From Deltaproteobacteria bacterium (GTDB lineage Bacteria > Lernaellota > Lernaellaia > JACKCT01): a stretch of 64,000 nt of DNA. Positions 9,676-19,426 of the stretch are shown here, piece after piece (position 1 is the stretch's first letter; each line of letters starts with the position of its first letter). The stretch is from assembly GCA_020845895.1 (NCBI GenBank), contig JADLEX010000047.1, forward strand, positions 13,073 to 77,072, read 5' to 3'. Made by a program: the position numbers and the translations under genes. Below the pieces are notes generated by a model. It saw only the letters and a list, made by a program, of their open reading frames with translations. It was not told the DNA's origin and ran no database searches.

Positions 9676-11007
9676 TTATTCGTCCGCGTCGCCCGCATCC
9701 GGACCGACCTCGGCCTCGGGGGCGTCAACCCACTCGACGTTCGCGCGCTCGAGCAGGAAATCGACCGTCTTGTCCTCGACGATCTGGTGACGCAGGCCGT
9801 GCACCATCTCGTTCTTCTGGTAGTACGCGGCGAGCTCCGCGGCCGACTGCCGGTACGCCTTCGCGCGGTCTTCGTAGTAGGCCTGAAGATCCTCGTCGGA
9901 GCACGCGATGCCCTCGGCCGTGGCGATGGCGTCGAGCAGCAGCACGGCCTTGACCTCTTTCACGGCCTCGGGGCGCATCCGCTCGTCGTAGCCGCGCAGC
10001 AGTTCCTCCGCGCCGTCGCCCTGCACGCCCGAATACATCAGGCTGTAGCGCGCGCGTTCCTTCATCGATTCGAGCTGCTTGCCCACCATCGAATCGGGCA
10101 CGTCGAAGTCGTTCGACGCGAGCAACGCGGCGACGAGCTCGCCACGGTCGTGGTCCTTTGCCCGGCGCTCGGCGTCCTTCATCAACAGGCCGCGCTCGTA
10201 AGCACGCAGTTCGTCGAGCGATTGGTACTCGCCGAGATCCTTGGCGAATTCGTCGTCGATCGCGGGCTCTTGCCGCGTCTTGAGCGACTTGACCGTCACG
10301 GTGAACACGGCCGCTTTTCCCGCGAGGTGCGCCGCGCCGTATTCCTCGGGAAACGACACGTTCACGTCGAGCGTCTGGCCGGCGCGCGCGCCGACCACCT
10401 GATCCTCGAATCCCGGAATGAACGAGTTGCTGCCCAGTTCGAGCAGGTGATTTTCACCCTTGCCGCCGTCGAAGGCCACGCCGTCTACCTTGCCTTCGTA
10501 GTCGATCTCGGCCACGTCGCCCTTTTGCGCCGGGCGGTCGTCCTCGATCGGCACGAGCTGGGCGCGCGACTTGGCGAGCTGCGCGAGCCGGCGGTCGATC
10601 AGCGCTTCGTTCACCGCCGGCCGGCGGCGCTTCACGCCCACGCTTTGGTAGTCTTTCGGCGCGATCTCGGGCGACACCTCGACCACCGCCACCGCGCCGA
10701 ACGCGCCATCGGGGTCGAACGCGCTCGATTCGATCTCCGGCCGCGCCACGAGTTTCAGGTGGTGTTCCTCGACCGCCTTGTCGAGCGCCTCCTGGAGCAG
10801 GTCGCCCTTGAGTTCCTCCATCACGTGCTCGCCGTAGTGGCGCTCGATCATCGACATCGGCGCCTTGCCCGGGCGAAACCCGCGAATCTGGGCATGGCGA
10901 CGGACGTCATTGAGCATGTTCCGGCGGCCGCTCTGAACGCGTTCGGCATCGACCTGAATGTGAATACGCTGCTTGACCGGCGAGACGGCTTCGACCCGGA
11001 TGTCCAT
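9676..11007 (-). CDS. tig: trigger factor (ribosome-associated chaperone / PPIase)
   Basis: GFRPGKAP ribosome-binding signature near N-terminus, FKBP-like middle domain; start placed at MDIRVEAV (ORF continues upstream to 11118 but likely untranslated). Confidence 0.85.
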   Translation of the reverse strand: MDIRVEAVSPVKQRIHIQVDAERVQSGRRNMLNDVRRHAQIRGFRPGKAPMSMIERHYGEHVMEELKGDLLQEALDKAVEEHHLKLVARPEIESSAFDPDGAFGAVAVVEVSPEIAPKDYQSVGVKRRRPAVNEALIDRRLAQLAKSRAQLVPIEDDRPAQKGDVAEIDYEGKVDGVAFDGGKGENHLLELGSNSFIPGFEDQVVGARAGQTLDVNVSFPEEYGAAHLAGKAAVFTVTVKSLKTRQEPAIDDEFAKDLGEYQSLDELRAYERGLLMKDAERRAKDHDRGELVAALLASNDFDVPDSMVGKQLESMKERARYSLMYSGVQGDGAEELLRGYDERMRPEAVKEVKAVLLLDAIATAEGIACSDEDLQAYYEDRAKAYRQSAAELAAYYQKNEMVHGLRHQIVEDKTVDFLLERANVEWVDAPEAEVGPDAGDADE

Positions 11008-11446
11008 GGCGATCCCCAAGCCCGCAGAGGGCGCGTGACGGCCCCGCGCGCGCGCAATCCGGCGGTCGGCGGGGCGAAAAGACGCGATTGGCGCCGCGTT
11101 GGCCGGGCGCCGCGCCATCGTCTAACCCAAGGGCCGAAAAACGTCAACGCTCCCCGCGTGTGACCGAAGTGTGAGGAACTTCCGGTGAAGTGTGAAATTT
11201 TTATGTGTACTCAGAGTTTTTTTGTGCGATAATCAAGGTGTGTCGGCTGCATGCCGATGGGAAGTATTGGAAGATGAACGCGCACGGGCCGCCGGAAGGG
11301 GCATGGCTCGGGGGATGCGGATTTGAAATGCGCCGAACGTCCGGGAGTAGCGGACGGTTTCATTCGGCGAAATGTCATGAATCGTTGGAAAATGAGTGAA
11401 TTGAGCGGTTTTCGCGGGATGTGCGGCCCCGCGGGGGAGCGTGACA

Positions 11447-11860
11447 ATGGCAAAAATCGTTGTGATCGACGATGAGGAGTCGATTCGGACGTTACTCGCC
11501 CGGATTCTGGCTCACGCGAATCATCAGGTTCGCACGGCCGCGAACGGCAAGGCGGGGTTTCGTCTGCTCAAGGACGAATCGGCCGACCTGGTCATCACCG
11601 ACATCCTCATGCCGGAGATGGACGGTCTCGAGGTCCTGATGGAGTTGCGGCAGCTTTACCCCGACCTGCGTTTCATCGCGATCTCGGGCGGCGGCGATCA
11701 CCGCGTGCTCACGCACCTCATCACAGCCAAACGGCTGGGCGCGGTCCGCACGCTCTCGAAGCCGTTTGAGATCGACGACCTTCTGCACGCGGTGGATGAA
11801 ACGCTTTCCGCGCCCGCGATTCCTCCGATGCACTCCAAACCTGTCCGCCGTTACGCCTGA
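11447..11860 (+). CDS. single-domain response regulator (CheY-like receiver)
   Basis: IVVIDDEESIR...DLVITDILMPEMDG...K receiver motifs; RBS GGGGGAG 7 nt upstream of ATG 11447 (GTG at 11441 alternative). Confidence 0.8.
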   Translation: MAKIVVIDDEESIRTLLARILAHANHQVRTAANGKAGFRLLKDESADLVITDILMPEMDGLEVLMELRQLYPDLRFIAISGGGDHRVLTHLITAKRLGAVRTLSKPFEIDDLLHAVDETLSAPAIPPMHSKPVRRYA

Positions 11861-12951
11861 TCGACCTCGTCCGCCCCGATCGCGTCCGTGATCGACGTCA
11901 CGCCCGTTCGATCCAGCTCCGCCGACAAGCCGCGACATAGCCCTCGCACCATCGCCGGCCCCGCGTAGATGAATCCCGTGTAAACCTGAACGAGCGACGC
12001 ACCTGCGCGGATGCGATCCCATGCGTCGCGCGAATCCATGATGCCGCCGGCCGCGACGAGCACGATGTGTGAGCCGACCCTTGCGCGCAGGCGGCGCAGC
12101 ACTTCGAGCGAGCGCTCGCGCAATGGCGCGCCGGAGAGTCCGCCCGCGCCGAGCCTCGCCACCGCATCCACATCCGTCGATAGATTCGTCCGCGCGATCG
12201 TCGTGTTGGTGGCGATGATGCCGTCGAGCCCGAGGCGCCGCGCGAGGTCGCCGATATCGTCGATGTCCTCGTCGGCGAGATCGGGCGCGATCTTGACGAG
12301 CAGCGGCACGCGCCGCGCCGGGCACGCCGCGTCGGCCGCCCCGCGCACCGCGACCAGGATTGTCTCGAGCGATTCCACCGATTGCAGGTCGCGCAGTCCC
12401 GGCGTGTTGGGCGAGCTGACATTGACCGCGAGGTAGTCGGCAAACGGGGCGACCGCGGTCGCGCATCGGGCGTAATCCGCCGGGGCTTCCTGCAGCGGCG
12501 TCACCTTGGCCTTGCCGATGTTGACGCCGACGATCGTATTACGCCGCCGGCGAAGTCGCGCGACGGCGTCGTCGACGCCCGCGTTGTTGAAACCCATGCG
12601 ATTGACGAGGGCGCTGTCGGCGGGCAGGCGGAACAGGCGCGGTCGGTCGTTGCCCGGCTGCGCGCGCGAGGTGAGCGTGCCGACCTCGATCGCGCCGAAG
12701 CCGAGCGCCCCCAGCGCTCCGATGCCCTCGGCGTCTTTGTCGAAACCCGCGGCGAGTCCGATGGGGTTCGGAAAATCGATTCCGAACGCGCGAACGCGAA
12801 GTCGCGGATCATCCGAGCCGAGCACGCGCCGCGCCGGCGCCGCAACGCCGGGAATCGCCATCAGGAAACGAAGTGCCGCGAAGGCGAAACGGTGGACGGA
12901 TTCGGGATCGAAGAGAAAGAGGAACGGGCGGATCAGAACGCGGTAGAGCAT
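11851..12951 (-). CDS. pyrD: dihydroorotate dehydrogenase (quinone), class 2
   Basis: N-terminal membrane-association helix, [30 protein letters not shown] motifs; 366 aa. Confidence 0.9.
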   Translation of the reverse strand: MLYRVLIRPFLFLFDPESVHRFAFAALRFLMAIPGVAAPARRVLGSDDPRLRVRAFGIDFPNPIGLAAGFDKDAEGIGALGALGFGAIEVGTLTSRAQPGNDRPRLFRLPADSALVNRMGFNNAGVDDAVARLRRRRNTIVGVNIGKAKVTPLQEAPADYARCATAVAPFADYLAVNVSSPNTPGLRDLQSVESLETILVAVRGAADAACPARRVPLLVKIAPDLADEDIDDIGDLARRLGLDGIIATNTTIARTNLSTDVDAVARLGAGGLSGAPLRERSLEVLRRLRARVGSHIVLVAAGGIMDSRDAWDRIRAGASLVQVYTGFIYAGPAMVRGLCRGLSAELDRTGVTSITDAIGADEVDQA

Positions 12952-13016
12952 GGCGGGCGCAACCTACCAAGTTCGCCGGGCGCGGGCAAGGAAATTCGCT
13001 GAAGGGTCCCGAGAAT

Positions 13017-13197
13017 GCGGGGACACGCACCGCTGCGCGCTGCATGTCCCCGACTTCGCTCGGCACCCCTCTCGGGAACACGGGGACACGCACCGCTGCG
13101 CGTTGCATGTCCCCGACTTCGCTCGGCACCCCTCTCCCGCCTGGCGGGAGAGGGGCAGGGGTGAGGGCCGCGCGGGCAGGGGTGAGGGCCGCGCCGA
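13017..13197. repeat. intergenic repeat cluster (family B): 63-bp tandem duplication, perfect 13-bp inverted repeat CCCCTCTCCCGCC/GGCGGGAGAGGGG, and CAGGGGTGAGGGCCGCG x2
   Basis: read directly between qor-like gene stop and pyrD start; related hairpin at 42281..42340. Confidence 0.6.
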
Positions 13198-14184
13198 TCA
13201 CGGCGCGATCAGCAGCTTGCCCCGCGTGCGCCGCGCCTCGATGTCGGCGTGCGCCAAGGCGACCTCGTCCAGCGCATACACCCGATGGATCGGCAAGTGA
13301 ATCTCGCCTGATGCGAGCCACACGATCATGCGCTCCGCTCCGGCTTCGTGCTCGGCGTGTGCGGCGGTCATGCTGGAAAACAGGTGGTAGAGCCGCAGCG
13401 CCGGGCTCTTCATAAACGCGCGCATGAGGGCGACGTAGAGCCCCTTGGGGCTCGGCGGGCCCGCCGCCTGACCATACATCACGATCGTGCCGAAGGTCGC
13501 GACGCCCGCGAGGTCGCCTTCCAGCGTTCGCTCGCCGACGCAGTTGTAAATTACGTCCGCGCCGCGTCCCCCGGTCATCTCGAGCACGCGTTCCGAAATG
13601 CTTTCGCGCGAATACACAACGGTATCGTCCGCGCCGAGTCCGCGCGCGAACGCGGCCTTTTCGTCGTCGCCCACGAGACCGATCACGCGCGAGCCGGACC
13701 GCCGCAGCAATTGGCACAGCAGCGATCCCACGCCGCCCGCCGCGGCGTACACCACCGCCGTTCCGCCGTCAGGCGGCGGCGCGACCGTGTGCGAGAGGTG
13801 ATACGCCGTCATGCCCGCCACGGGCAGGCCCGCCGCCGTCGCGAGATCGAGACGCTCGCCGAGCGCAATTACCGCGCCCTCGCGCGCGATCGCATACTCG
13901 GCGTAGCCCCCGCCGGAGTGCGTGGCGCATACGCGGTCGCCTTCGCGCAGATGCGCGACGCATTCACCCACGGCGTCGACCGTGCCCGCGGTCTCGACGC
14001 CCGGAACGAACGGCAGGTCGGGCTGCCCGAGATAGCGCCCCGCGCGCGTCATGACGTCGGCGAAATTCACGCCCGCCGCCTCGACGCGAATCCGCACCTC
14101 GCCGGGCCCGGGGTCGGGGATCGACGCTTCGCGCACGGCGAGGACCTCGGGGCCGCCGGTGCGCTCGATGACGACCGCGCGCAT
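13198..14184 (-). CDS. zinc-type/MDR-superfamily NAD(P)H:quinone oxidoreductase
   Basis: MRAVVIERTGGPEVL...GEVRIRVEAAGVNFAD N-terminal GroES-like fold; GAAGGVG Rossmann motif; start MRAVVI (ORF extends to 14223). Confidence 0.75.
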   Translation of the reverse strand: MRAVVIERTGGPEVLAVREASIPDPGPGEVRIRVEAAGVNFADVMTRAGRYLGQPDLPFVPGVETAGTVDAVGECVAHLREGDRVCATHSGGGYAEYAIAREGAVIALGERLDLATAAGLPVAGMTAYHLSHTVAPPPDGGTAVVYAAAGGVGSLLCQLLRRSGSRVIGLVGDDEKAAFARGLGADDTVVYSRESISERVLEMTGGRGADVIYNCVGERTLEGDLAGVATFGTIVMYGQAAGPPSPKGLYVALMRAFMKSPALRLYHLFSSMTAAHAEHEAGAERMIVWLASGEIHLPIHRVYALDEVALAHADIEARRTRGKLLIAP

Positions 14185-14279
14185 GGTCGGGCTTTCGGAA
14201 TCGACCGGCGTTTCTTGCGTCATCGGGGTCTCCGTGTTAGGCGGGAACGATCATTTCGCGACGCGGGCGGGGGCGCAAG

Positions 14280-14720
14280 ATGGCGACGCGCAAAAAGGCG
14301 CAGGCCGAATATAAACCCAAGTACCTGGGAAAGCCGGTCAAAGGGCCGATCGACCGCGTGGAGCTGATCCCGTGGACCGGCGGCGAGATCCGCGTGCGTC
14401 TCGACTGCGCCGAATTCACCTCGATGTGCCCCGTGACCGGGCAGCCCGATTTCGGCGCGCTCGACATCGAGTACGTGCCCGATTGTTACCTCGTCGAGAC
14501 AAAATCGCTGAAGCTGTTCCTGCAGGGTTATCGCGACCGCCGCGCCTTCAACGAGCAGATCGTCGCTGAGCTCTCCCTGACGCTCTTCCAGCAGCTTCGC
14601 CCGCTGTGGCTGCGCGTCACGGGACGATACAACCGACGCGGCGGAATCGCCCTGACGTGCGCCGCGGAGCACGGCAAGCAGCCCGACGCCTGGGATCTCG
14701 CGAACGATTCCGCCGACTGA
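14280..14720 (+). CDS. queF: NADPH-dependent 7-cyano-7-deazaguanine reductase QueF (type I)
   Basis: 146 aa; EFTSMCPVTGQPDFG catalytic Cys motif and downstream conserved segments typical of unimodular QueF. Confidence 0.85.
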   Translation: MATRKKAQAEYKPKYLGKPVKGPIDRVELIPWTGGEIRVRLDCAEFTSMCPVTGQPDFGALDIEYVPDCYLVETKSLKLFLQGYRDRRAFNEQIVAELSLTLFQQLRPLWLRVTGRYNRRGGIALTCAAEHGKQPDAWDLANDSAD

Positions 14721-14760
14721 ATCCGTGACGGAGTGAAAAATGGATTGACAGGTCGTTTTT

Positions 14761-14774
14761 CGCGGCGTATTGTG
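14761..14774. promoter_or_regulatory. perfect 14-bp palindrome TGTGCATATGCACA ~30 bp upstream of DUF134 gene; candidate operator
   Basis: read directly; position relative to start 14803. Confidence 0.35.
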
Positions 14775-14802
14775 CATATGCACATAATAGAAGGCTTTTG
14801 CG

Positions 14803-15102
14803 ATGTGCGCCCGACCGATGAAACCCCGATTCTGCCGCTGCCCGTGGGGCGGTCGCGCCTTCAAACCGACGCAGACCCCGATGCACGCGCTCGACAAGAT
14901 CCCTCTTGCCCACGACGAGCTCGAGGTGCTGCGGCTTTGCGATCTGCTCGGAAAAACACAGGAGGAAGCCGGGCAGGAGATGGGCGTTTCGCGCGGGACG
15001 GTTCAACGGTTGGCGACATCGGCTCGCGCCAAGGTCGCACGCGCACTGGTCGAAGGCTGCGCACTGATCCTGGGGGATTCCCCCATCACTGAGGAGAATT
15101 GA
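14803..15102 (+). CDS. DUF134 (UPF0251) family predicted DNA-binding protein
   Basis: ARPMKPRFCRCP...FKP...LDELEVLRLCDLLGKTQEEAGQEMGVSRGTVQRL...AR.KVARALVEG fits DUF134 consensus; adjacent to NifX-like gene as is usual. Confidence 0.7.
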   Translation: MCARPMKPRFCRCPWGGRAFKPTQTPMHALDKIPLAHDELEVLRLCDLLGKTQEEAGQEMGVSRGTVQRLATSARAKVARALVEGCALILGDSPITEEN

Positions 15103-15103
15103 C

Positions 15104-15499
15104 ATGAATATCTGTATTCCGGTCGAACAGGACAACGGTCTCGACAGCGCGGTTTGCGCGCACTTCGGCTCCGCGCCGTTTTTCCTCATGGTCGATACCG
15201 ACACGCAGGCATGCCGCGCGATTCCCAATCGCAATCAGCATCACGCGCACGGGATGTGCCAGCCGCTCGCGGCACTCGCCGGCGAGCATCCCGACGCGAT
15301 CGTCGTCGGCGGAATCGGCCGCGGCGCGTTGATGCGCCTGGTCGAAGGTGGTCTGCGCGTATACCGGGCTGCTCCGGGGACGGCTCGACAACTCACCGAG
15401 GCGCTGATCGCCGGGCGGCTCGCTCCGATGAGCGAATTGGAGACGTGTGGCGGGCACGGGCATGCGCATCAACACGGGCACGGCCAGATGTCGTCGTAG
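15104..15499 (+). CDS. NifX/NafY/NifB-C-like (dinitrogenase FeMo-cofactor biosynthesis domain) protein with His-rich tail
   Basis: MNICIPVEQDNGLDS...HFGSAPFF..VD...IVVGGIGRGAL pattern of Nitro_FeMo-Co fold; C-terminal GGHGHAHQHGHGQ. Confidence 0.7.
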   Translation: MNICIPVEQDNGLDSAVCAHFGSAPFFLMVDTDTQACRAIPNRNQHHAHGMCQPLAALAGEHPDAIVVGGIGRGALMRLVEGGLRVYRAAPGTARQLTEALIAGRLAPMSELETCGGHGHAHQHGHGQMSS

Positions 15500-15630
15500 C
15501 AATCGACCCGAAATTGACATTTCCCGCGACGCATGTGACATGGGCATGGGCTCTCATATCCTGATTCCATTGACCTGAGGCGGGCCGATTTGGGCAGCGG
15601 ACATGTGCCGCGCGCCATGATCGGCGCGGA

Positions 15631-16623
15631 GTGTGCGTGGCCGGCGACGACGATCTGCTCACCGCGTGGGGATACCGACCCGATCGGGAACCCGAACCTC
15701 CGCCTGCGTCGTCCGCCGCGACCCCGACTGTCGGCGAGCGTCGGCGGTTGGGCCCCGGTGGCCACATCGATCTCGAATTTCAGGAAAAGCGTGGGCTCAT
15801 CGCCGCCCTCGTATTCCTCGCCATCTACGGCATCTTCACCGGCGTGCAGTCGGTCGCCTTTCTCTACTTCGGCGACGATCAAAACATGCACCCGGGGTAC
15901 GCGCGGGCGGCCGTACTGATCAACGTCGGCGTGCTCGCGACATTCATCCTGCTCCTCACCACGCTGCTCGCCCTGCGGATGCATCGGGGCCGCCCCAGCC
16001 GCCGCCTCACCGCAGGCGCGCTGCACATCGCCATCTTCACCGTGTTCTCGGCGAACGTCGTCCACATGCATCTGGGCGGTACGCAGCACACCTTCCTGCC
16101 GCTCGTCAATCTCGGCGTCGGGATGGTGGCGGCGTGGCTGCTGGGCATGCGCGCGAGCTGGGCGTATTACGTGTTTTTTTCGCTCGCGTATCTGGGCCTG
16201 TCGTTGCTGGAAATGGCCGGTGCGCTGCCCTACGCACCGCTTTTTGTTTATGGCGACGAGCTCGGTCGAAATTTCACCGACGGTCGATTCATCGCGTTCA
16301 ACTATTTTCTCTACTGCACCGTATCGCTGATCGTGATGACGGCGATCGGTTTGTTCGAGCGCGACCGAGACCGACGCGGCCTGATGCTGCGCGAGGCGAC
16401 CGCAGCCGCGAAACGGGCGATCTCGCAGGTGCATGAACTTCAGAAGCTCATTCCCATGTGTTCGTCGTGCAAAAAGGTCCGCAACGATGAGGGCTTCTGG
16501 CGCGACGTGTCGCACTACGTGAACGAGATGGGACAGGGGATGGTGTCCCACGGAATTTGCCCCGAATGCACCGCGAAACTCTATCCGGATTTACAGATGC
16601 CGGAGCGGCCGGAGAGAGGCTGA
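15631..16623 (+). CDS. polytopic membrane protein with C-terminal CxxC-x25-CxxC module
   Basis: >=6 hydrophobic spans; C-terminus IPMCSSCKKVRNDEGFWRDVSHYVNEMGQGMVSHGICPECTAKLYP resembles a 4-Cys output module I recall from deltaproteobacterial sensor proteins; start uncertain. Confidence 0.5.
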   Translation: MCVAGDDDLLTAWGYRPDREPEPPPASSAATPTVGERRRLGPGGHIDLEFQEKRGLIAALVFLAIYGIFTGVQSVAFLYFGDDQNMHPGYARAAVLINVGVLATFILLLTTLLALRMHRGRPSRRLTAGALHIAIFTVFSANVVHMHLGGTQHTFLPLVNLGVGMVAAWLLGMRASWAYYVFFSLAYLGLSLLEMAGALPYAPLFVYGDELGRNFTDGRFIAFNYFLYCTVSLIVMTAIGLFERDRDRRGLMLREATAAAKRAISQVHELQKLIPMCSSCKKVRNDEGFWRDVSHYVNEMGQGMVSHGICPECTAKLYPDLQMPERPERG

Positions 16624-16726
16624 GGACTTCATGGCTGGAGGCAGCGGGAAGTGGCTGCTGGTTGTTGGTGGTTGGTTCTTGGTTATTGGTGAAGCGAGTA
16701 ATTGCGCGTCAGCCGCCATCTAGTCG

Positions 16727-17515
16727 TTACGGCGCCCAGTTCGTCCCGCCGCCGAATCCCACGATCACCTGCGCGAAGAACGCATTGAACGCGAAGTCGG
16801 GATTGTCGCCGTCCAGGTCGCGGCCCTCGATGCGCCATCCCGACGAAGCGATGTCGCCGATCACGCCCACGCGCAGACCGGTGAACGCCATCGCGTACGC
16901 GTTCGGCTCGCCGACGAAGGGGAAAAACCAATCGAGGTGCAGCGCGGCCATGCCCGAGAAGGCGTAGTAGTCGAGACGCACGTCCTGGTTCTCGGCGAGT
17001 GTCACGGTGCCGTCGGATTCGCGCGGACCGAGGTTCACGTAACGCAGTCCCGCCTGGCGCGCGAGGGGCAGCGCGGTGTAGTCACCTTCCAGATCGATGG
17101 TGAGGCTCGTCGCGCCGACGCCGAGCACGGGATACAGGCGTAGGCCGTGGAAATCGACCGCCACGAACCCGGCGTCGAAGAAGAATGTGTTGCCGATCAG
17201 GTCGGCGTCCACCCGCGGACCGCTCGCCTCATCGCGCAGCGCGAATCCCGAGAATCCGAACGTGAGTCGCTGAAAGACGAACCCGCGCAGCTCGCCGCCC
17301 GCGCACAGATAGCCGTCATCGAAGGCATCCGTGCCGATCGGTTCCAGATAGTCGGAGACGCCCGACAGGTCGAGCCCGGCGTAACCCACGGCGATCCCCA
17401 TCTGACCGCCGAAGGCCATATCCGTTTCAAAGGCCGCCGCGCCAGTGGCGCACACCGCGCAGATCGCCAGCGCCACCGCCGCCGCCACTCGGGGAGAAAA
17501 TGTTTCGCGAGTCAT
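16727..17515 (-). CDS. putative outer-membrane beta-barrel protein (signal peptide + amphipathic beta-strands)
   Basis: start taken at MTRETFSPRVAAAVALAICAVCATGAAAFE (signal peptide); alternating hydrophobic pattern; ORF extends upstream to 17785 but that part looks non-coding. Confidence 0.45.
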   Translation of the reverse strand: MTRETFSPRVAAAVALAICAVCATGAAAFETDMAFGGQMGIAVGYAGLDLSGVSDYLEPIGTDAFDDGYLCAGGELRGFVFQRLTFGFSGFALRDEASGPRVDADLIGNTFFFDAGFVAVDFHGLRLYPVLGVGATSLTIDLEGDYTALPLARQAGLRYVNLGPRESDGTVTLAENQDVRLDYYAFSGMAALHLDWFFPFVGEPNAYAMAFTGLRVGVIGDIASSGWRIEGRDLDGDNPDFAFNAFFAQVIVGFGGGTNWAP

Positions 17516-17610
17516 CGCAAGCTCCGCGCCGATTCGGTCCATCATGCCGAATCGTTTGGGGCGTGTCACGACGTGACGCGCCCGGATGTCGACCGTGACG
17601 CGTTCAAGTG

Positions 17611-19170
17611 TCAATTCGCGGCGGCGGCCTTGCGCGGAAATTTCGCCAGCCAGTAGCGTTCCCAGCGCACGCCGTGGGCGCGGCCCATGTCCGTACGTCG
17701 ATACCCCGCCTCGCCAAGCCATGCGCGGGCGAGCGCCGCGCCTCGGTCCCCGCCGTCGCGCGTGCCGTGGCTTTCGACGATCCAAACCTCGTGAGCGCCG
17801 CCGAGAGACGCGAGCAACGCATCGCGCGCCGACGCCGGCATGATCGCGGCCGATTCGCGCGGCAGCGGGTCGAATCCCGGCAGGTCGGTCGGCAAGGCGA
17901 TCGCGGCGTCCGACCGTTTCGAATAAACGAGGAACGCGTCCTTGACGAAGTGCGCGACCACCAGCGCCTTCGCGTCCGACCGCGCGGTTCGGTCGAATCG
18001 ACGCACGACCTCGCGCAGGTCTTCGCGGCCCTCGCCGCGGGTGATCGCACCCATCAGCAGTTGCGCCGCGAGCACAATCATCACGAGCGCGTTTCGCATC
18101 GCGCCCTCACCGAGTGACGAGATCGCCATCAGAAACAACGCCAGGATCGGCGCGGCGAGCAGCGCGAAGTAGTGCGTGGCGATGAAGACGCAGAACACGA
18201 AATGTGCCGCGAGCGCCGTAGCGATCGTGACGGCGACGACCGCGAGCGGAAATCCCGCGCCCATGCGCCCCCCGCTGTCCATGAGCGCGAATCCACCCAA
18301 ATCCGCGCCCCGGCGCCGCGCCGCTCGCCAGGCGCCCCAGACGATCGCTCCCGCGCCGACCACGGCGCTCGCCGCGCCGAGCCGCGCGCTCGCGAGATAG
18401 GCGCTTTTCATGAGACCCGAGACGGGGCTGTGCTGCACGAAAATCTGGATGGACCGGCGCGCAATCTGGTAAGGCGTCGCGTCCCAGCGCACCCATCCGG
18501 AATCGGGGCCGAGGCGCGCGAACTGCCCCACCGCCGCCACGAGCCAGGGCGCGAACAGCGCGAGCGCGGCGACATTCGCAATCGCAATTGACCGCGCGGT
18601 CATGCGCGACCGACGCCACGCCATCGCGGCGATAGCGAGCTGCGCGATGCACAGATACCCCGCGTAGTAGAACGTGTAGAGCCCAAGCGCGTTCGCGAGC
18701 GCGAGCGCCGCCATGCGTTTGCGGCACTCGGGGCGACGGATCACTTCCCACAACGCGAGAAAAGCCGCCGCGCCCAGCATTGCCGACAGGCTGTAGCTTC
18801 GCGCGAGGCGCGACATCGAGATCAGCGAGGGATCGAGAAACGAGACGAGCACGCCGAGCAGCGCGCCCGCCTCGCCCGCGATGACGAATCCGACGAGGGC
18901 GAACAAGGCGACGAGGATCGTCCCCGCCAACACGGGAACGATTCGGACGCGTCCCTCGATCGTCATCCCCAGATCGAACGAGGCGACAAGACGTTCAAGC
19001 GCGGGGAAGAGCGGCGGGTGGACGTCGTCCGCCAGGCTCGGCGCGTCAACGGCCAGGGCATAACGGGCGACGTAGAGTTCGTCGGTGTTCAGCCCGGGTT
19101 GGCTGAGCAGCGCCACGCGGGCCACCGCCGCCAACACGATCACCGCCGCCACAAGCGCCCGCACGCGCAT
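17611..19170 (-). CDS. GT-C fold membrane glycosyltransferase, family 39/83-like (PMT/ArnT-type)
   Basis: >=10 TM helices; first periplasmic loop carries DE motif (NTDELYVARYA); start MRVRALVAAV at 19170; paralogs at 55180..56808 and 60530..62128. Confidence 0.6.
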   Translation of the reverse strand: MRVRALVAAVIVLAAVARVALLSQPGLNTDELYVARYALAVDAPSLADDVHPPLFPALERLVASFDLGMTIEGRVRIVPVLAGTILVALFALVGFVIAGEAGALLGVLVSFLDPSLISMSRLARSYSLSAMLGAAAFLALWEVIRRPECRKRMAALALANALGLYTFYYAGYLCIAQLAIAAMAWRRSRMTARSIAIANVAALALFAPWLVAAVGQFARLGPDSGWVRWDATPYQIARRSIQIFVQHSPVSGLMKSAYLASARLGAASAVVGAGAIVWGAWRAARRRGADLGGFALMDSGGRMGAGFPLAVVAVTIATALAAHFVFCVFIATHYFALLAAPILALFLMAISSLGEGAMRNALVMIVLAAQLLMGAITRGEGREDLREVVRRFDRTARSDAKALVVAHFVKDAFLVYSKRSDAAIALPTDLPGFDPLPRESAAIMPASARDALLASLGGAHEVWIVESHGTRDGGDRGAALARAWLGEAGYRRTDMGRAHGVRWERYWLAKFPRKAAAAN

Positions 19171-19426
19171 TTTCGCCCCGTCCCGTTTCGCTTTGAAGCC
19201 CAAAGATGGAAGGCGACCGCCAGTATGAAACGTCCACCAATCGGCACGCAAGCGGCGTGCGTCGATCCGGCGGTCCGCGCCACAAATCGACGGGCGGATT
19301 GCGCCGCAAATCGGCAGGAAAGGAAACCCTGAAAAATTTTAGGAAGCGATAAATATCTTGACGAATTCGTCGCCATGGAATAAAAGCCCATTCCGAAGCG
19401 TGGCTCTGAGCCCGCTTTGAGTCGGA

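Noticed and set aside
11119-11440. AT-rich 320-bp divergent intergenic region between tig and the response regulator as possible sRNA
   Set aside because: Contains plausible -10/-35 elements for both divergent genes but no terminator-like hairpin or conserved structure I can see; leave as promoter region.
14224-14279. preQ1 riboswitch upstream of queF
   Set aside because: Looked for the short preQ1-I hairpin/A-rich tail motif in the 56-nt leader; nothing resembling it.
16640-16690. TGGTTnT microsatellite-like run between convergent genes
   Set aside because: Short, irregular, and in a convergent intergenic spacer; likely incidental.
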